This document shows, in pieces, positions 40,778-51,932 of a stretch of DNA of 64,000 bases. This stretch comes from Candidatus Bathyarchaeota archaeon (GTDB taxonomy: Archaea; Thermoproteota; Bathyarchaeia; 40CM-2-53-6): assembly GCA_963706285.1 (NCBI GenBank), contig CAVPLU010000004.1, positions 64,001 to 128,000 of the forward strand. Reading direction: 5' to 3'. Under the pieces are notes generated by a model that did no database searches, was not told the DNA's origin, and worked only from the letters and a program-made list of their open reading frames with translations. The position numbers were made by a program, and so were the translations under genes. Each line of letters begins with the position of its first letter. Position 1 is the stretch's first letter.

Positions 40778-41668
40778 TCAGAGGTAGGCTCCGATCAGGA
40801 ATCCTGCGGCCAACAGTGCGATTGTAGAAAGAATGACTATCACGTTCAGTCCTAGTGCTGGCACAAGTTCGGGAATTCGATCATAGTTCTTGAGCACGGT
40901 AGTTATTGCCTTGTATGCGATTGGCGTGGCGATTAAGGAGACTAGTACAGTGAACGGTGATGCGCCCAAGACGACTGCCAAGAGAATTGAGAGATACGTT
41001 GCGACAACAAACGTGACGTAGATCAAGGCCGATATTCTTCTCCCAACTAGTATCACTATATGTCTTCTTCCAGCTGCTTTGTCAGCTTCAGCGTCGGGGA
41101 ACTCGTTCAAGAACAAGAGCAACCCAACAAGGATACTGACCGGTACAAAGACCGCGATCCCTGTCGCGTCCACGACTCTCGATTGAACAACGTATGCTCC
41201 CAAAGCCATGAATCCGAATCCGGTTCCAGCCACAATTTCGCTGAGCGCGTGCACTCTCGAAAGCACAGGCGTGTAGAAGAATATCGCAACTAGTCCGTAG
41301 AGGAGAATGGGTAACAAGGTATAGATTCCGCGAAATAGAAAGTAGGCGCCTACTACGGAGGCACCAGCGAGACACAGGATGCCAACGGTAAAGGCAGCGG
41401 ATGGTTTCATCGTGCCCTTTACGAGGATGTCAACGCCTCCGCTGAAAGGCGTCTTGATCGTTTGGGCGTCGATCTTGGATCTGTAGTCGAAATAGTTGTT
41501 GAACACGTTTGCAGCCATGTGAGTCAGCAAAGCTCCAATGAACACGATAAGAGCGTCGAACGGGTTGAAGACTCCATGCGCGTAGAATGCTGCTGAAATT
41601 CCCGCCGCGACAATCACGACTGTCAACAAGAGGAAGTTCGCCCTAGTTATCAACACTAGATTGTTCAA
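40778..41668 (-). CDS. menA: UbiA-family prenyltransferase, MenA-like
   Basis: NVFNNYFDY...D, TPFSGG, NEFPD..AD..AGR; multi-TM. Confidence 0.8.
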   Translation of the reverse strand: MNNLVLITRANFLLLTVVIVAAGISAAFYAHGVFNPFDALIVFIGALLTHMAANVFNNYFDYRSKIDAQTIKTPFSGGVDILVKGTMKPSAAFTVGILCLAGASVVGAYFLFRGIYTLLPILLYGLVAIFFYTPVLSRVHALSEIVAGTGFGFMALGAYVVQSRVVDATGIAVFVPVSILVGLLLFLNEFPDAEADKAAGRRHIVILVGRRISALIYVTFVVATYLSILLAVVLGASPFTVLVSLIATPIAYKAITTVLKNYDRIPELVPALGLNVIVILSTIALLAAGFLIGAYL

Positions 41669-41725
41669 GACCTTCGCCCCTTAAACAGGAATTATTCGTA
41701 CAGTGCAGTCTGGTCAGAGCGGGAT

Positions 41726-43215
41726 CTATCCCTTTGTTACTCCGATTGGTGTGAGACGGCATACTTTGGTTGCGATGCCTACTTGGTGGCTGACTTCCAC
41801 TACGCGGTCAACATCTTTGTAGGCTCCTGGCGCTTCCTCAGTCACTGTTCCCATTTCGGCTGCTCGAATCATGATGCCCTTGTCTGCGAGTCCCTTCTTG
41901 ACTTCTTGTGGTCCCCATCGTCTCTTTGCGGCTGCTCTGCTCATCATGCGGCCTGCGCCGTGTGCGGTGGAGCCGAAGCTTAGTTCCATACTCTTCGCGG
42001 TTCCGACGAGTAGCCATGAGCTGGTTCCCATGCTGCCGGGGATGAGGACCGGTTGTCCGATCTCTCTGTACTCTGCTGGGATGTCGGAATGTCCTGGAGG
42101 AAACGCTCGCGTTGCGCCTTTACGGTGGACTATCACCTTTCGTTGATGTCCTTCTTGGTCAACCACGTGGTTCTCGATTTTCGCGACATTGTGGCATACA
42201 TCGTAGATCAGGTGCATGTCAAGCTGATCTGCGGTTTTTCCAAATGTCTTCTCGAAAGCTTCTCTCGTCCAGTGCGTGATCATTTGCCTGTTTACCCAAG
42301 CGAAATTGCATGCTGCACGCCATCGCTGGGAGGTAATCCTCTCCCTCTGGACTCTTCGAGGGAGCGCATGCGAGCTGTCGATCTGGCAAGTTGATGTGAT
42401 ACTTGCTCACGGCTCGTTCCATGACTCGAAGATAGTCACTGCATACTTGATGCCCGTATCCTCTGCTACCAGTGTGAACTAGGACTAGTATCTGTCCAGG
42501 GCGTTCTATTCCTAGATACTTCGCGACGCGTTCATCGAAGATCTTGTCCACTCTCTCTATCTCGAGAAAGTGGTTTCCGCTCCCGAGACTGCCGAGTTGG
42601 CGATGTCCCCTGCTCTTTGCGGTTGAGGAGACCTTGGAGGGGTCGGCCGATTCCATGCATCCGTTTTCTTCGCAATGGTTCTTGTCTTCAGACCATCCGT
42701 AGCCGTGATCAACTGCCCACTCGACTCCATCCGCCACCACCTTGTCAATCTCCCCCTGCGTAACACGGATTTTGCCGAGGCTCCCAAGACCTGATGGAAC
42801 ATTGTCAAACAATGCATCAAGCAGCTTCGAGAGGGCTGGTTTCATATCGTTCTCGTTGAGGTTCGTGCGAATGAGTCTGACGCCGCAATTTATGTCGTAG
42901 CCGACTCCCCCGGGGCTGATGACTCCTTCATCGTAGTCCATTGCCGCGACGCCGCCGATTGGAAAGCCATAGCCTTCGTGGCCGTCCGGCATCGTTATTG
43001 ACCATTTATGGATGCCGGGTAGAGTGGCGACGTTTGCACATTGTTCAAGCGTTGCATCTAGATCTCATTTTCTCGATGAGTGTCTTGTCAGCGTAGATTC
43101 TTCCGGCAACTTTCATGCCGGGTCTGAACGATTGGGGAATCTCCCACATGTACTCGTCGAGTTGCTTTAACTGAACACGTTCTGATGATCGCCCATAGGC
43201 GCCTTCGTCTGGCAA
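41726..43215 (-). CDS. rtcB: tRNA-splicing ligase RtcB (indels near 43062 and 42312)
   Basis: MPDGHEGYGFPIGG, GYDINCG, GSGNHFLE, HTGSRG, HN, HRKGATRA, PGSMGT, HGAGR, EEAPGAYK across three frames. Confidence 0.96.
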
Positions 43216-43308
43216 GGTTTAGCACTGAGTCGCGTCATTCCGAGAACGCCGCGTATTTAGGTTTCGTTGACTTCGCCGATTCTCGCCTTTCCTGAAAGAT
43301 CCACTAGG

Positions 43309-44055
43309 CTAGAGGACCGCGATACGCTTGATGGCTGGAACAATGTCGGAAACTGAAGATACTGTGATGTCAGGTTCCACCTTGAGATCCAGTTTCATGG
43401 GGATCTCGTCGTTGCCGTCACCGAATATGACTCGGATTGTCTTGATGCCGAGAGGTTTAGCTCCAGCCACATCAGCCTCCATCGAGTTGCCGATCATCAC
43501 GGTGTCGCTTGCTCTGACACCGAGCAATTCGAGCATTTGCCTGAAAGGTTCCGGTCTAGGTTTTCGAATCCCAACTGCCGCCGAGGTCAAGATCGCGTCA
43601 AAGAACCTCGAAAGTCCCAGATGCTCCACGATTTCTCTGACGGCCCAGTCGTTTCTTGCGTTTGAAAGTAGCCCCAATTTCAATCCGAGATCGCGAACTT
43701 GCTGCAGCATTTCCGTGACTCCAGGGAAAAGCACCCAAGAGTCAACCTCAACAGCAAAGAATCTCTTCACTAGTTTCTCTATTTCGGGTCGCTGACTCGC
43801 TTTCACACCTAGCCTATCGAAGAGGTTGTTGAATGATGCCGCGATCTCAATCTCCTCAAGCGTGCGGCTAGCATATTCAGATTCCTCTTCATGCAGTTGC
43901 AGGTCTTCTCGCTTCAAGTTGTTGAGATCCAGTGTAACGCCGTGTTCCTTCAGAACTTCGTAGATGGCGCTAGTTCTGGCTTCTCTGATCTGATCCCAAG
44001 TCACGGTGAGATGTATTAGCGTCCCTCCGAGGTCGAATATCGCGCCCTTCAACAT
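43309..44055 (-). CDS. HAD-superfamily hydrolase
   Basis: FDLGGTL, LLSN, RKP, MIGNSMEADV. Confidence 0.92.
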   Translation of the reverse strand: MLKGAIFDLGGTLIHLTVTWDQIREARTSAIYEVLKEHGVTLDLNNLKREDLQLHEEESEYASRTLEEIEIAASFNNLFDRLGVKASQRPEIEKLVKRFFAVEVDSWVLFPGVTEMLQQVRDLGLKLGLLSNARNDWAVREIVEHLGLSRFFDAILTSAAVGIRKPRPEPFRQMLELLGVRASDTVMIGNSMEADVAGAKPLGIKTIRVIFGDGNDEIPMKLDLKVEPDITVSSVSDIVPAIKRIAVL

Positions 44056-44163
44056 AGCGATCTCGCCGCAACCTCAAGATCGCATACTGATAATCATTGC
44101 CGCTCTGCAAAAGCAAGAGGATATCAGAGTATTCCACGTTAGAGTCTGCTGGGACGCATCCGC

Positions 44164-45501
44164 TTGAAACGATCGAACTCCACTTTCATACCGCTCGGCG
44201 GGGTTGGAGAAATAGGTGGTAACAAGTTCCTTGTTCAAGACGGAGATTCTAGGATTCTGCTAGATTTTGGGATGAGCTACGCAGATCGCAGAAGATTCTA
44301 TTCGGAACCTTTTCTCTCGCCGAGGGATGAAAAGGAACTGTTCGAGTTCGGAATGCTACCCAAGCTTCGTGGTTTGTACAAGTTCGAAGAATCTGAACCC
44401 GATATTCAAGGAGTCTTCTTGTCTCACTCACATGGTGACCATTCAGGTTGTATCTCGTTTCTCAACAGGAAGATCCCTGTCTACTGCGGAGAGACGACTG
44501 CGACGATTATCAAGGCACTTTACGAGACGCGAACCAAGACGTTGGAAGCCGACATTTCAGGTCTCAGGTTCAACACCTTCAGGACTGGATCGAAGATCAA
44601 ACTAGGATCCATTGAAGTTGAGCCGATACATGTGGATCATTCAGTGCCGGCCGCGTACGGGTTCATAGTCTACACGTCAGAAGGCACACTCGTCTACACA
44701 GGTGATCTTAGAGTTCATGGCACAAAGCCTCGAATGACGAATGATTTCCTCGAACGTGCACAACAAGAGAAGGCAGATGCGCTGCTGGCAGAAGGAACAA
44801 ACCTCATCGGCGCAACCCTGACCACAGAAACAGAAGTACAATCGAAGCTCTCCTCGATCGTACACGCAAGTTCAAAGCTTGTCCTGGCGGATTTCTCGAA
44901 TGTTGACGTGGATCGTTTCAGAACTTTCTACAATGTAGCCAAACAGAACGATCGGAAACTCGCAATTTCCCTCAGGCAAGCATACTTACTATCGAAGCTT
45001 GCCAAAGAAGGGCGAATCGATATTCCGGATGTTGCTAACGATCCGAACGTGGTCGTATACCAACGGCGGAAGAAGCGGTACTATGAATGGGAGAAGCGCG
45101 TGCTCTCATTCAAGAACGTGGTGGAAGCATCCGATATCAAGGGTACTCAGAGTAAGACGATTCTCGCGAGTTCAGCTAACTCTTTCAAGGAATTGGTGGA
45201 CATCCGTCCGGAACCGGGGAGTTGCTTCATTCTTTCTATCTCTGAACCATTCAATGAGGAGCAGGAATTCGAGTTTGAACGCGTAGTCAATTGGCTTGAC
45301 CACTTTGGATTGCCGATGTATCATGTGCACTGTTCAGGTCACATAATGCCTGAACAACTAAAGGCGGCCATATCCAGAATCGCTCCGAAGGTAATCTATC
45401 CGATACATACTGATCATCCTGAGTTGTATGCGAAGTTCGTCTCTGATGTGGCGAGCGTTACGGTACCTCAGAAGAACGTGGCTTATCCCGTGAGTTCGTG
45501 A
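44164..45501 (+). CDS. Metallo-beta-lactamase / beta-CASP hydrolase (RNase J-like)
   Basis: GGVGEIGGN, HSHGDH, VDHS, YTGD, HCSGH, PIH. Confidence 0.85.
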   Translation: MKRSNSTFIPLGGVGEIGGNKFLVQDGDSRILLDFGMSYADRRRFYSEPFLSPRDEKELFEFGMLPKLRGLYKFEESEPDIQGVFLSHSHGDHSGCISFLNRKIPVYCGETTATIIKALYETRTKTLEADISGLRFNTFRTGSKIKLGSIEVEPIHVDHSVPAAYGFIVYTSEGTLVYTGDLRVHGTKPRMTNDFLERAQQEKADALLAEGTNLIGATLTTETEVQSKLSSIVHASSKLVLADFSNVDVDRFRTFYNVAKQNDRKLAISLRQAYLLSKLAKEGRIDIPDVANDPNVVVYQRRKKRYYEWEKRVLSFKNVVEASDIKGTQSKTILASSANSFKELVDIRPEPGSCFILSISEPFNEEQEFEFERVVNWLDHFGLPMYHVHCSGHIMPEQLKAAISRIAPKVIYPIHTDHPELYAKFVSDVASVTVPQKNVAYPVSS

Positions 45502-45505
45502 AATG

Positions 45506-46021
45506 TTAGGTTCTCTCGAACTCGATTCTGAGGCTCATGTTTCGCAGTTGCTTAGCGAGACCTTTTGCTACTTCTAAGTCTACGGGCATTCTTCTCGGTT
45601 CTCGGCCGCTGAGTATTACTTTGGTCTCAGTGGTTCCGTCGGGAATCCAGATCGTGTTCAACGTCAAGATTGAGAGCGGGTTGAGAAGGTCTTCCAAGAA
45701 TTGTCGGTCGTCTCCTCCATAGCTGAGGATCTTCACTTTCTTTCCAAGCGAATCGGATATTGCGTGAACCGTCTTCGCTCCGTCTGAAAGGACCTTCCCC
45801 ATATCTCGTTTGTCGAGAAGAATTACCACGCTATTCTCTGCTTCGACAGCTTTCTGGTAAGTCACGTCTTGTAGTGCGGGATTCTGTTTCTCTAATTCGG
45901 TAAGGAGTCTAATGATTTTCAGGTCAAGATCCGTTATCTGACCTTTCTCAATCTTTTCTTGGCACTTGCGGCAAAATGTGCCGCTCTTGACGCAGAAAGC
46001 GTCCAGAATCGTTTTGACCAT
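45506..46021 (-). CDS. NusA-like KH domain protein with N-terminal Cys motif
   Basis: FCVKSGTFCRKC, LGKKVKIL, LNTIWIPDGT. Confidence 0.78.
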   Translation of the reverse strand: MVKTILDAFCVKSGTFCRKCQEKIEKGQITDLDLKIIRLLTELEKQNPALQDVTYQKAVEAENSVVILLDKRDMGKVLSDGAKTVHAISDSLGKKVKILSYGGDDRQFLEDLLNPLSILTLNTIWIPDGTTETKVILSGREPRRMPVDLEVAKGLAKQLRNMSLRIEFERT

Positions 46022-46239
46022 GCATCTTCATCGTTTCGTTGCCCTTGGCTGTGGCTTCGACATCTCACTCCATAGAGCGAAATGTTTCATCGAGAAGGTA
46101 CGAGTCTGCAACGCTAATTAAGTTTGCTCGCACTTCTCAGTCCGAAACGTCACCAAGCAACACGGAATTCAGCGATTGATGCCGGAAGGCGTTATATCAA
46201 CCAACCAGAAACATTAGATCGCTATCGGAAACTGACGTA

Positions 46240-47400
46240 TTGAAGGTGAGAGGGCTGAAGATCTTCGAGTATGAAGCGAAGCGAATTGCCTCCCAATACG
46301 GTCTGCATGTGCCTCTTGGATATTTGGCGTCCAGCCCTCAGGAAGCAAGAGACGTCGCACAGAAACTCGCCTGCCCAGTAGTGGTGAAGGCGCAGGTTCT
46401 TGTTGCGGGTAGAGGAAAAGCAGGTGGAATAAAGCTCGCCGATACACCTGATGACGCCGAAAAGGCCGCATCCACTATCCTCGGATCCAAGATCAAAGGC
46501 GAGAAAGTCTCTAAACTGCTAGTCGAGAAGAGACTCGATATTGCACGTGAGCTCTACGTTAGCTTGGTCGTTGATCGTTCAGCCAAGTGTTACACTCTGC
46601 TCGCGTCTCAGGTGGGAGGTGTCGACATTGAAGAGGTTGCGCAGAAGACACCTGAAAAGATAATCAAGCGTCCCATCGAGGCGGGAAGAGCTGTGGAAGT
46701 GTTTCAGGCTCGCGAGTTGGCGCAATCGCTCGGATACAAGGGAACCCAAGTCGTGGAACTCGGCGCCTTCATCAAGGAGTTGTGCTTGGCGGCGAATGAG
46801 TATGACTGCGAGCTCGCTGAGTCGAACCCGTTGGTCGAAACGAAAGATGGAGAGTTTGTTGCCGCAGATCTCCGAATGATCGTTGACGACAACGCATTGT
46901 TCAGGCACAAGCCCCTGCTTGAGGAGACAAGAGATGTGGAAGATGAGCTGCCGCCGCTCGAAGTGAAGGCGCGTGAGAAGGGGCTCGCCTATGTTGAGCT
47001 CGACGGTGACGTGGGGATAGTTGGCAACGGCGCAGGCCTGGTGATGGCAACTCTAGACATGATTCAGGACTATGGTGGTCGACCTGCCAACTTTTGCGAT
47101 GTGGGCGGAGGCGCAGGCGCACAGCGAATCGCGGATGCGCTTGAAGTGGTCTTGGGCAATCCGAAGGTGAGGGTGCTCTTCCTGAACATTATGGGCGGGA
47201 TCACGCGTTGCGATGATGTTGCCAAAGGGTTACTTGAAGTTCGCAAGAAGATGGGACTCACGAAACCAACGGTCATTAGGCTTGTGGGAACAAACGAAGA
47301 AGAAGGTCGCAAGATCCTCCAAGAGGCCGGGATACCTTCGTTGGAAACGATGGAGGATGCTGCTGCGAAAGCAGTGGAGCTAGCGAAGGGAGCGAAATAG
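46240..47400 (+). CDS. sucC: Succinyl-CoA synthetase beta subunit
   Basis: [45 protein letters not shown]. Confidence 0.96.
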   Translation: MKVRGLKIFEYEAKRIASQYGLHVPLGYLASSPQEARDVAQKLACPVVVKAQVLVAGRGKAGGIKLADTPDDAEKAASTILGSKIKGEKVSKLLVEKRLDIARELYVSLVVDRSAKCYTLLASQVGGVDIEEVAQKTPEKIIKRPIEAGRAVEVFQARELAQSLGYKGTQVVELGAFIKELCLAANEYDCELAESNPLVETKDGEFVAADLRMIVDDNALFRHKPLLEETRDVEDELPPLEVKAREKGLAYVELDGDVGIVGNGAGLVMATLDMIQDYGGRPANFCDVGGGAGAQRIADALEVVLGNPKVRVLFLNIMGGITRCDDVAKGLLEVRKKMGLTKPTVIRLVGTNEEEGRKILQEAGIPSLETMEDAAAKAVELAKGAK

Positions 47401-47401
47401 T

Positions 47402-48268
47402 TTGGCAATACTGGTTGGTTCGGGGACAAGGGCGATCGTCCAGAATATCACAGGCTCCCAAGGCATGTTTCACACAAAGCTAATGCTTGAATACGGTACC
47501 AAGATTGTGGGAGGCGCCACTCCCGGCAAGGGCGGCGTGCAGGTCGAAGGTGTCCCAGTCTTCGATACAGTGAAGGAAGCGGTATCGGGGACAGGAGCTA
47601 ATGCGTCAATAATTTTCGTTCCAGCTCCCTTTGCTCGCGATGCCACGCTTGAGGCGATCTCAAACGGACTGAATCCGATCGTAGTAATTACTGAAGGAAT
47701 CCCAATTAGAGATGCGATAGATATTATGGCTCAAGCGAAAGAGAGAGGTTGCGTCATAATTGGTCCTAACACCCCAGGCATCATCGCGCCACGCGAGTGC
47801 AAACTTGGCATAATGCCGTCCCACGTGTTCAAGGAAGGCGGAGTTGGTCTGGCCTCCCGAAGCGGAACCTTGACCTACGAAATTGCCGCAAGCCTCAGCA
47901 GAGCTGGCCTTGGGCAATCCACCTGCCTCGGACTCGGCGGTGACCCGATCGTGGGTCTCAGCTTTGTAGACATCTTGGAGATGTTCAGAAAGGATCCGCA
48001 GACGAAATCAGTCGCATTGGTTGGAGAAATTGGTGGCAACGCTGAGGAACTGGCCGCCCAGTATATTATAGACACCAAATACCCGAAGCCTGTGGCTGCC
48101 TACATTGCCGGCAGATCAGCTCCACCAGGAAAACGGATGGGTCACGCGGGAGCAATAATAATGGGTAGAAGCGGAACTGCAGAGTCCAAGATCGATGCCC
48201 TGAAGAGTGCAGGAGTAAGAGTGGCTCTCAAACCTGGAGAGATCGCCACGCTCCTTGCGAAGAAATGA
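47402..48268 (+). CDS. sucD: Succinyl-CoA synthetase alpha subunit
   Basis: [32 protein letters not shown]. Confidence 0.97.
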   Translation: MAILVGSGTRAIVQNITGSQGMFHTKLMLEYGTKIVGGATPGKGGVQVEGVPVFDTVKEAVSGTGANASIIFVPAPFARDATLEAISNGLNPIVVITEGIPIRDAIDIMAQAKERGCVIIGPNTPGIIAPRECKLGIMPSHVFKEGGVGLASRSGTLTYEIAASLSRAGLGQSTCLGLGGDPIVGLSFVDILEMFRKDPQTKSVALVGEIGGNAEELAAQYIIDTKYPKPVAAYIAGRSAPPGKRMGHAGAIIMGRSGTAESKIDALKSAGVRVALKPGEIATLLAKK

Positions 48269-48281
48269 CGAGGCACAACAA

Positions 48282-49601
48282 ATGACGCTGGATCGTCTAG
48301 GTGATTGGAGAAGAACACACTATTCTGCCCAACTGACTCCGGAGCAGAATGGCCAAGAGGTTACTCTGTTCGGTTGGGTCGAGGACATACGTGACCTTGG
48401 CAATCTCACTTTTCTCACCTTGCGCGACCGAGAAGGCATAGTCCAGATCACGATTTTCAAGAAGAATGCCTCACCCAACGTATTGGACAGGCTAGCATCG
48501 ATTGGCAAGCAATACGCAATAGGCGTGCGAGGAAACGTCAAGGCTCGAAAAGAGGCTCCCCGCGGCGTCGAAGTTGCTCCCACTGATATGAAGATCCTTG
48601 GTGATGTTGTATATCCACTCCCCTTGGATCCTACGGGTCGGGTTCCCGCTGATATTGATGTTCGACTTGACGCTCGAGTGATGGACCTCAGGAGAAGTAC
48701 TTCACGAGCGATCTTCAAGATACGCCACGAGATCCTACGTGCCGCAAGAGAGTTTCTCATCGGTGACGATTTCACGGAGATTCAAACGCCCAGATTGATC
48801 GGTTCAGCTACTGAGGGAGGAGCCGCACTTTTCTCACTGGACTACTTCGGCCAGAAAGCGTACTTGGCTCAGAGCCCCCAACTGTACAAAGAACAGTTGA
48901 CATCGGTCTTCGAGAAGGTCTTCGAGATCGGGCCTTTCTTCCGAGCTGAGCAATCGCGCACGAGGAGACACATTAGTGAATTCACATCTCTGGACGTAGA
49001 GTGTGCTTTCATGAACCAAAAGGGCGTTCTTGAGATTCTCGAACGCCTCGTTCACGAAGTATACACGTCGATTGCAGGCCGTTGCTCAAGAGAACTCGAA
49101 ACGCTGAACATTCACCTTGAGGTGCCGACACTACCCTTCAGACGCCTCACCTACGATGAGATCATAGGTGCGCTTTCGAGGGAAGGTGTCGAGATCAAGT
49201 GGGGAGAAGATATTCCGACAGCCGCCGAGAAGAAACTTGGCGAACTCTATCCAGGATACTACTTCCTAACGGACTGGCCATCAGCGACTAAGCCATTCTA
49301 TATTTCACCGCGAGAGGATGATGAGAAGTACTCTGATTCGTTTGACATGATGTGCGGCGCACTCGAGCTTGCTTCAGGTGGTACTCGAGTTCACGAATAT
49401 TCTGTGCTGCTTGGGAGATTGAAGGCGCAGGGTCTTGATCCGGAAGGTTTCAAGGATCATCTCGCCGTTTTTCGCATGGGCCTCGCCCCCCACGCTGGAT
49501 GGGCGATCGGTCTTGACAGACTTGTGATGCTGATTACAGGCGCCGAGAATATCAGAGAATGTATCTTCTACCCAAGAGATCGAGACCGATTGCGTCCCTA
49601 G
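48282..49601 (+). CDS. aspS: Aspartate--tRNA ligase, archaeal type (possibly non-discriminating)
   Basis: RDLG, ATEGGA, QSPQLYK, FRAE, GLDR, PRD; Pro in the APRG loop. Confidence 0.96.
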   Translation: MTLDRLGDWRRTHYSAQLTPEQNGQEVTLFGWVEDIRDLGNLTFLTLRDREGIVQITIFKKNASPNVLDRLASIGKQYAIGVRGNVKARKEAPRGVEVAPTDMKILGDVVYPLPLDPTGRVPADIDVRLDARVMDLRRSTSRAIFKIRHEILRAAREFLIGDDFTEIQTPRLIGSATEGGAALFSLDYFGQKAYLAQSPQLYKEQLTSVFEKVFEIGPFFRAEQSRTRRHISEFTSLDVECAFMNQKGVLEILERLVHEVYTSIAGRCSRELETLNIHLEVPTLPFRRLTYDEIIGALSREGVEIKWGEDIPTAAEKKLGELYPGYYFLTDWPSATKPFYISPREDDEKYSDSFDMMCGALELASGGTRVHEYSVLLGRLKAQGLDPEGFKDHLAVFRMGLAPHAGWAIGLDRLVMLITGAENIRECIFYPRDRDRLRP

Positions 49602-49850
49602 ACTAGTTCGGTAAGACGTGGTCTGTGGTCACAAACCAAACGGGCCAATCAGAATCAGGAAAAGCAACTGCGGATCGACATTCTCTGACTGCGACTAGCT
49701 GACTGAGCCGATTTTGAAACAATTAAGCGCTCTTCCATTTGACGCTGTCAAGAATCAGCGATCAGTTGCGGGACTCTGGCAAGAGGGCTGTCGTCATGGC
49801 GTAGTGATGCCACGCTTGTGAAGCTCTTTCTTGTTTGACTAAGCTTCGAT

Positions 49851-50523
49851 CTAGCAGCAGGATGGGGACAACGTAATCTGAGTGACAATCTGACCCCCCT
49901 GGAGATCGTACTTGAGAACTTCAGCCGGATCTGTGGTCCCTGGTGGACCGTGTCCGTGTATCGTCGGCGGTCCCATGCCCACAACGTAGATGTCCCCTGT
50001 AGCTTGGTCATACTCGAGCATGACTCGTGGAACAGGGAAAGGAGCAGGTCCTCCAATTACCCTGCCATTGTGAACGAAATCAAACTGCGAATTGTGGCAG
50101 CCACAGAAGCCTTCAGGCGGATTGGAGGCTGCGGCACCGGGCGGCAAGAAGTTGAAGACGCAGCCTTGGTGTTGGCATAGGCTGCTGAAGGCAACGATAT
50201 CGCCATCCGGCCCGACTCCATTGTCAGCCTTCACGCCGAGCTTGACGAGGATGTTGGAGGTACCAACCATAGGATAGTCAAACGAGAGCGCTTTCAGCGG
50301 CTGCAGCGACTTTGCATTAGTCGCTATTAGTCTGGGCCATGCGAGTGACATAGTGGTAGAAGTAGCTCCAGTAGTACCCGTGCTCGTGGTGGAGGAAGGA
50401 GCCTCAGGACTCCCGGAAAAGATTCTGAAAGTGCCTGCTACCACAGCTGCGATTGCCTAGGATTCCAGCGCCAATTACTATCTTGAGGGTTCTTCTTCTA
50501 CTATTCTGTTCAGTAGATTTCAT
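49851..50523 (-). CDS. AioB-like (arsenite oxidase small subunit family) Rieske protein with Tat signal (indel near 50457)
   Basis: MKSTEQNSRRRTLKIV; FDYP...LVKLG...GVGPDGDIVAFS.LCQHQGC...CGCHNSQFD...GPAP. Confidence 0.85.
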
Positions 50524-50774
50524 CAAGAGCCACCTTGACGCGTTCGGCAGATAGTGGAATCACTTCTAATTAAGGTGAGTCAATCACCAGGATAACCGAG
50601 AATGATCCGTTTTCTTGGAAAGCCACTCCGCTTAAGTAGAGGCATGCCGTACGCACGGCGGCCGTGAAATAATGTCTCACTCGCATCTGAGATCTGAGAT
50701 AGACCTCAACGATATTACGTTTGGATTGAGAAGGTGCGAGCGGGAATGTGTTATGCGCGGCAGGCTCGCTTGAA

Positions 50775-51932
50775 ATGGTCACTAAAGAGAGCATTATGCA
50801 AGTCCTCAAGACAGTGAACGACCCGGAAATCGGCGCCAGTATTGTGAATTTGGGCATGGTTCGGGCGGTTGAAGTGCGAGGAAGCAAAGTCGACATTCAG
50901 ATTGCGCTGACAGTTCCCAACTGCCCAGCCAGGACGACGATTAAGGATGATGTGGTGAAAGCTGTCTCAAAGATAGAGGGCGTTGCAGGGGTTGATGTGC
51001 AATTCGCCTCAATGACAGATCAAGAAAGAGGCAAGCTCTCACAGACGACGGCAAATCGCCCTCCCGTGGAGCAGAGCAATTCTCAGCAGATATCGAGTTC
51101 TAAATTCATGGGAATCGACAAGCTTCCAAAGCGAAAATTCCGCCAGATCATAGCAATCACTTCAGGGAAAGGAGGAGTCGGGAAATCCTTGGTGACAGGC
51201 TTGCTGGCTGTTGAGCTTCGTAGGCACGGTTTCTCGGTCGGCATTCTTGACGCGGATTTGACTGGAGCTAGTATTGGGAAGATTTTCGGAATAAAGGACC
51301 GACCGATTTGGACATCGGCCACCCCAGCTCCACCGGCAAGTGGAACAGGCATTAAGTTGGCTTCAATGGGGTTTCTCTTGGATCGCGAAGATGCAGCTTT
51401 GATTTGGCGCGGCCCGTTGATCAACAGCGCTATTCGCCAATTCTACAGTGACTTCGAATGGGGAGATGTTGACTTTCTGCTCGTGGATTTGCCTCCGGGG
51501 ACATCTGATGCTCCGCTCTCGGTTTTTCAGTCTCTTCCGCTTGACGCGGCGCTGATAGTCTCCTCACCGCAAGAGCTGGCTGTTATGATTGTTGGCAAGG
51601 CAATCAACTTGGCTAAGACGATGCAGATTCCCATCCTAGGCCTTGTTGAGAATATGAGTTTCGCGACTTGTCCAGATTGCGGAAGGAGAATCGATCTATT
51701 CGGAAGATCGAAAGGCCAAGAAGCTTCCAAAGCCGCCGGCATAGAATTTCTCGGCTCGATACCGGTTAATCCGATGATATCGCAACTCTGCGACGAAGGG
51801 AAGATTGAAGATTTCAAGAGTCCAGAATTCGCGGCGATAGCCCATAGGGTGATTGAGAAGATGAAACAGCTCAAAGCGATTCAGGAGCCGAAAGGCACTG
51901 ATAAGTCGCCTGAGAAGGATTCAGGGAGGTGA
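50775..51932 (+). CDS. Mrp/NBP35 (ApbC) Fe-S carrier ATPase with N-terminal DUF59 domain
   Basis: VNDPEI..SIVNLGMV, SGKGGVGKS, WRGP, DLPPGTSD, ENMS...CPDC. Confidence 0.94.
   Translation: MVTKESIMQVLKTVNDPEIGASIVNLGMVRAVEVRGSKVDIQIALTVPNCPARTTIKDDVVKAVSKIEGVAGVDVQFASMTDQERGKLSQTTANRPPVEQSNSQQISSSKFMGIDKLPKRKFRQIIAITSGKGGVGKSLVTGLLAVELRRHGFSVGILDADLTGASIGKIFGIKDRPIWTSATPAPPASGTGIKLASMGFLLDREDAALIWRGPLINSAIRQFYSDFEWGDVDFLLVDLPPGTSDAPLSVFQSLPLDAALIVSSPQELAVMIVGKAINLAKTMQIPILGLVENMSFATCPDCGRRIDLFGRSKGQEASKAAGIEFLGSIPVNPMISQLCDEGKIEDFKSPEFAAIAHRVIEKMKQLKAIQEPKGTDKSPEKDSGR

Noticed and set aside
41726-43215. Programmed frameshifting or split rtcB, lysK and dapF genes
   Set aside because: No slippery heptamers or stimulatory structures seen; similar indels are scattered over unrelated genes, which fits sequencing error.
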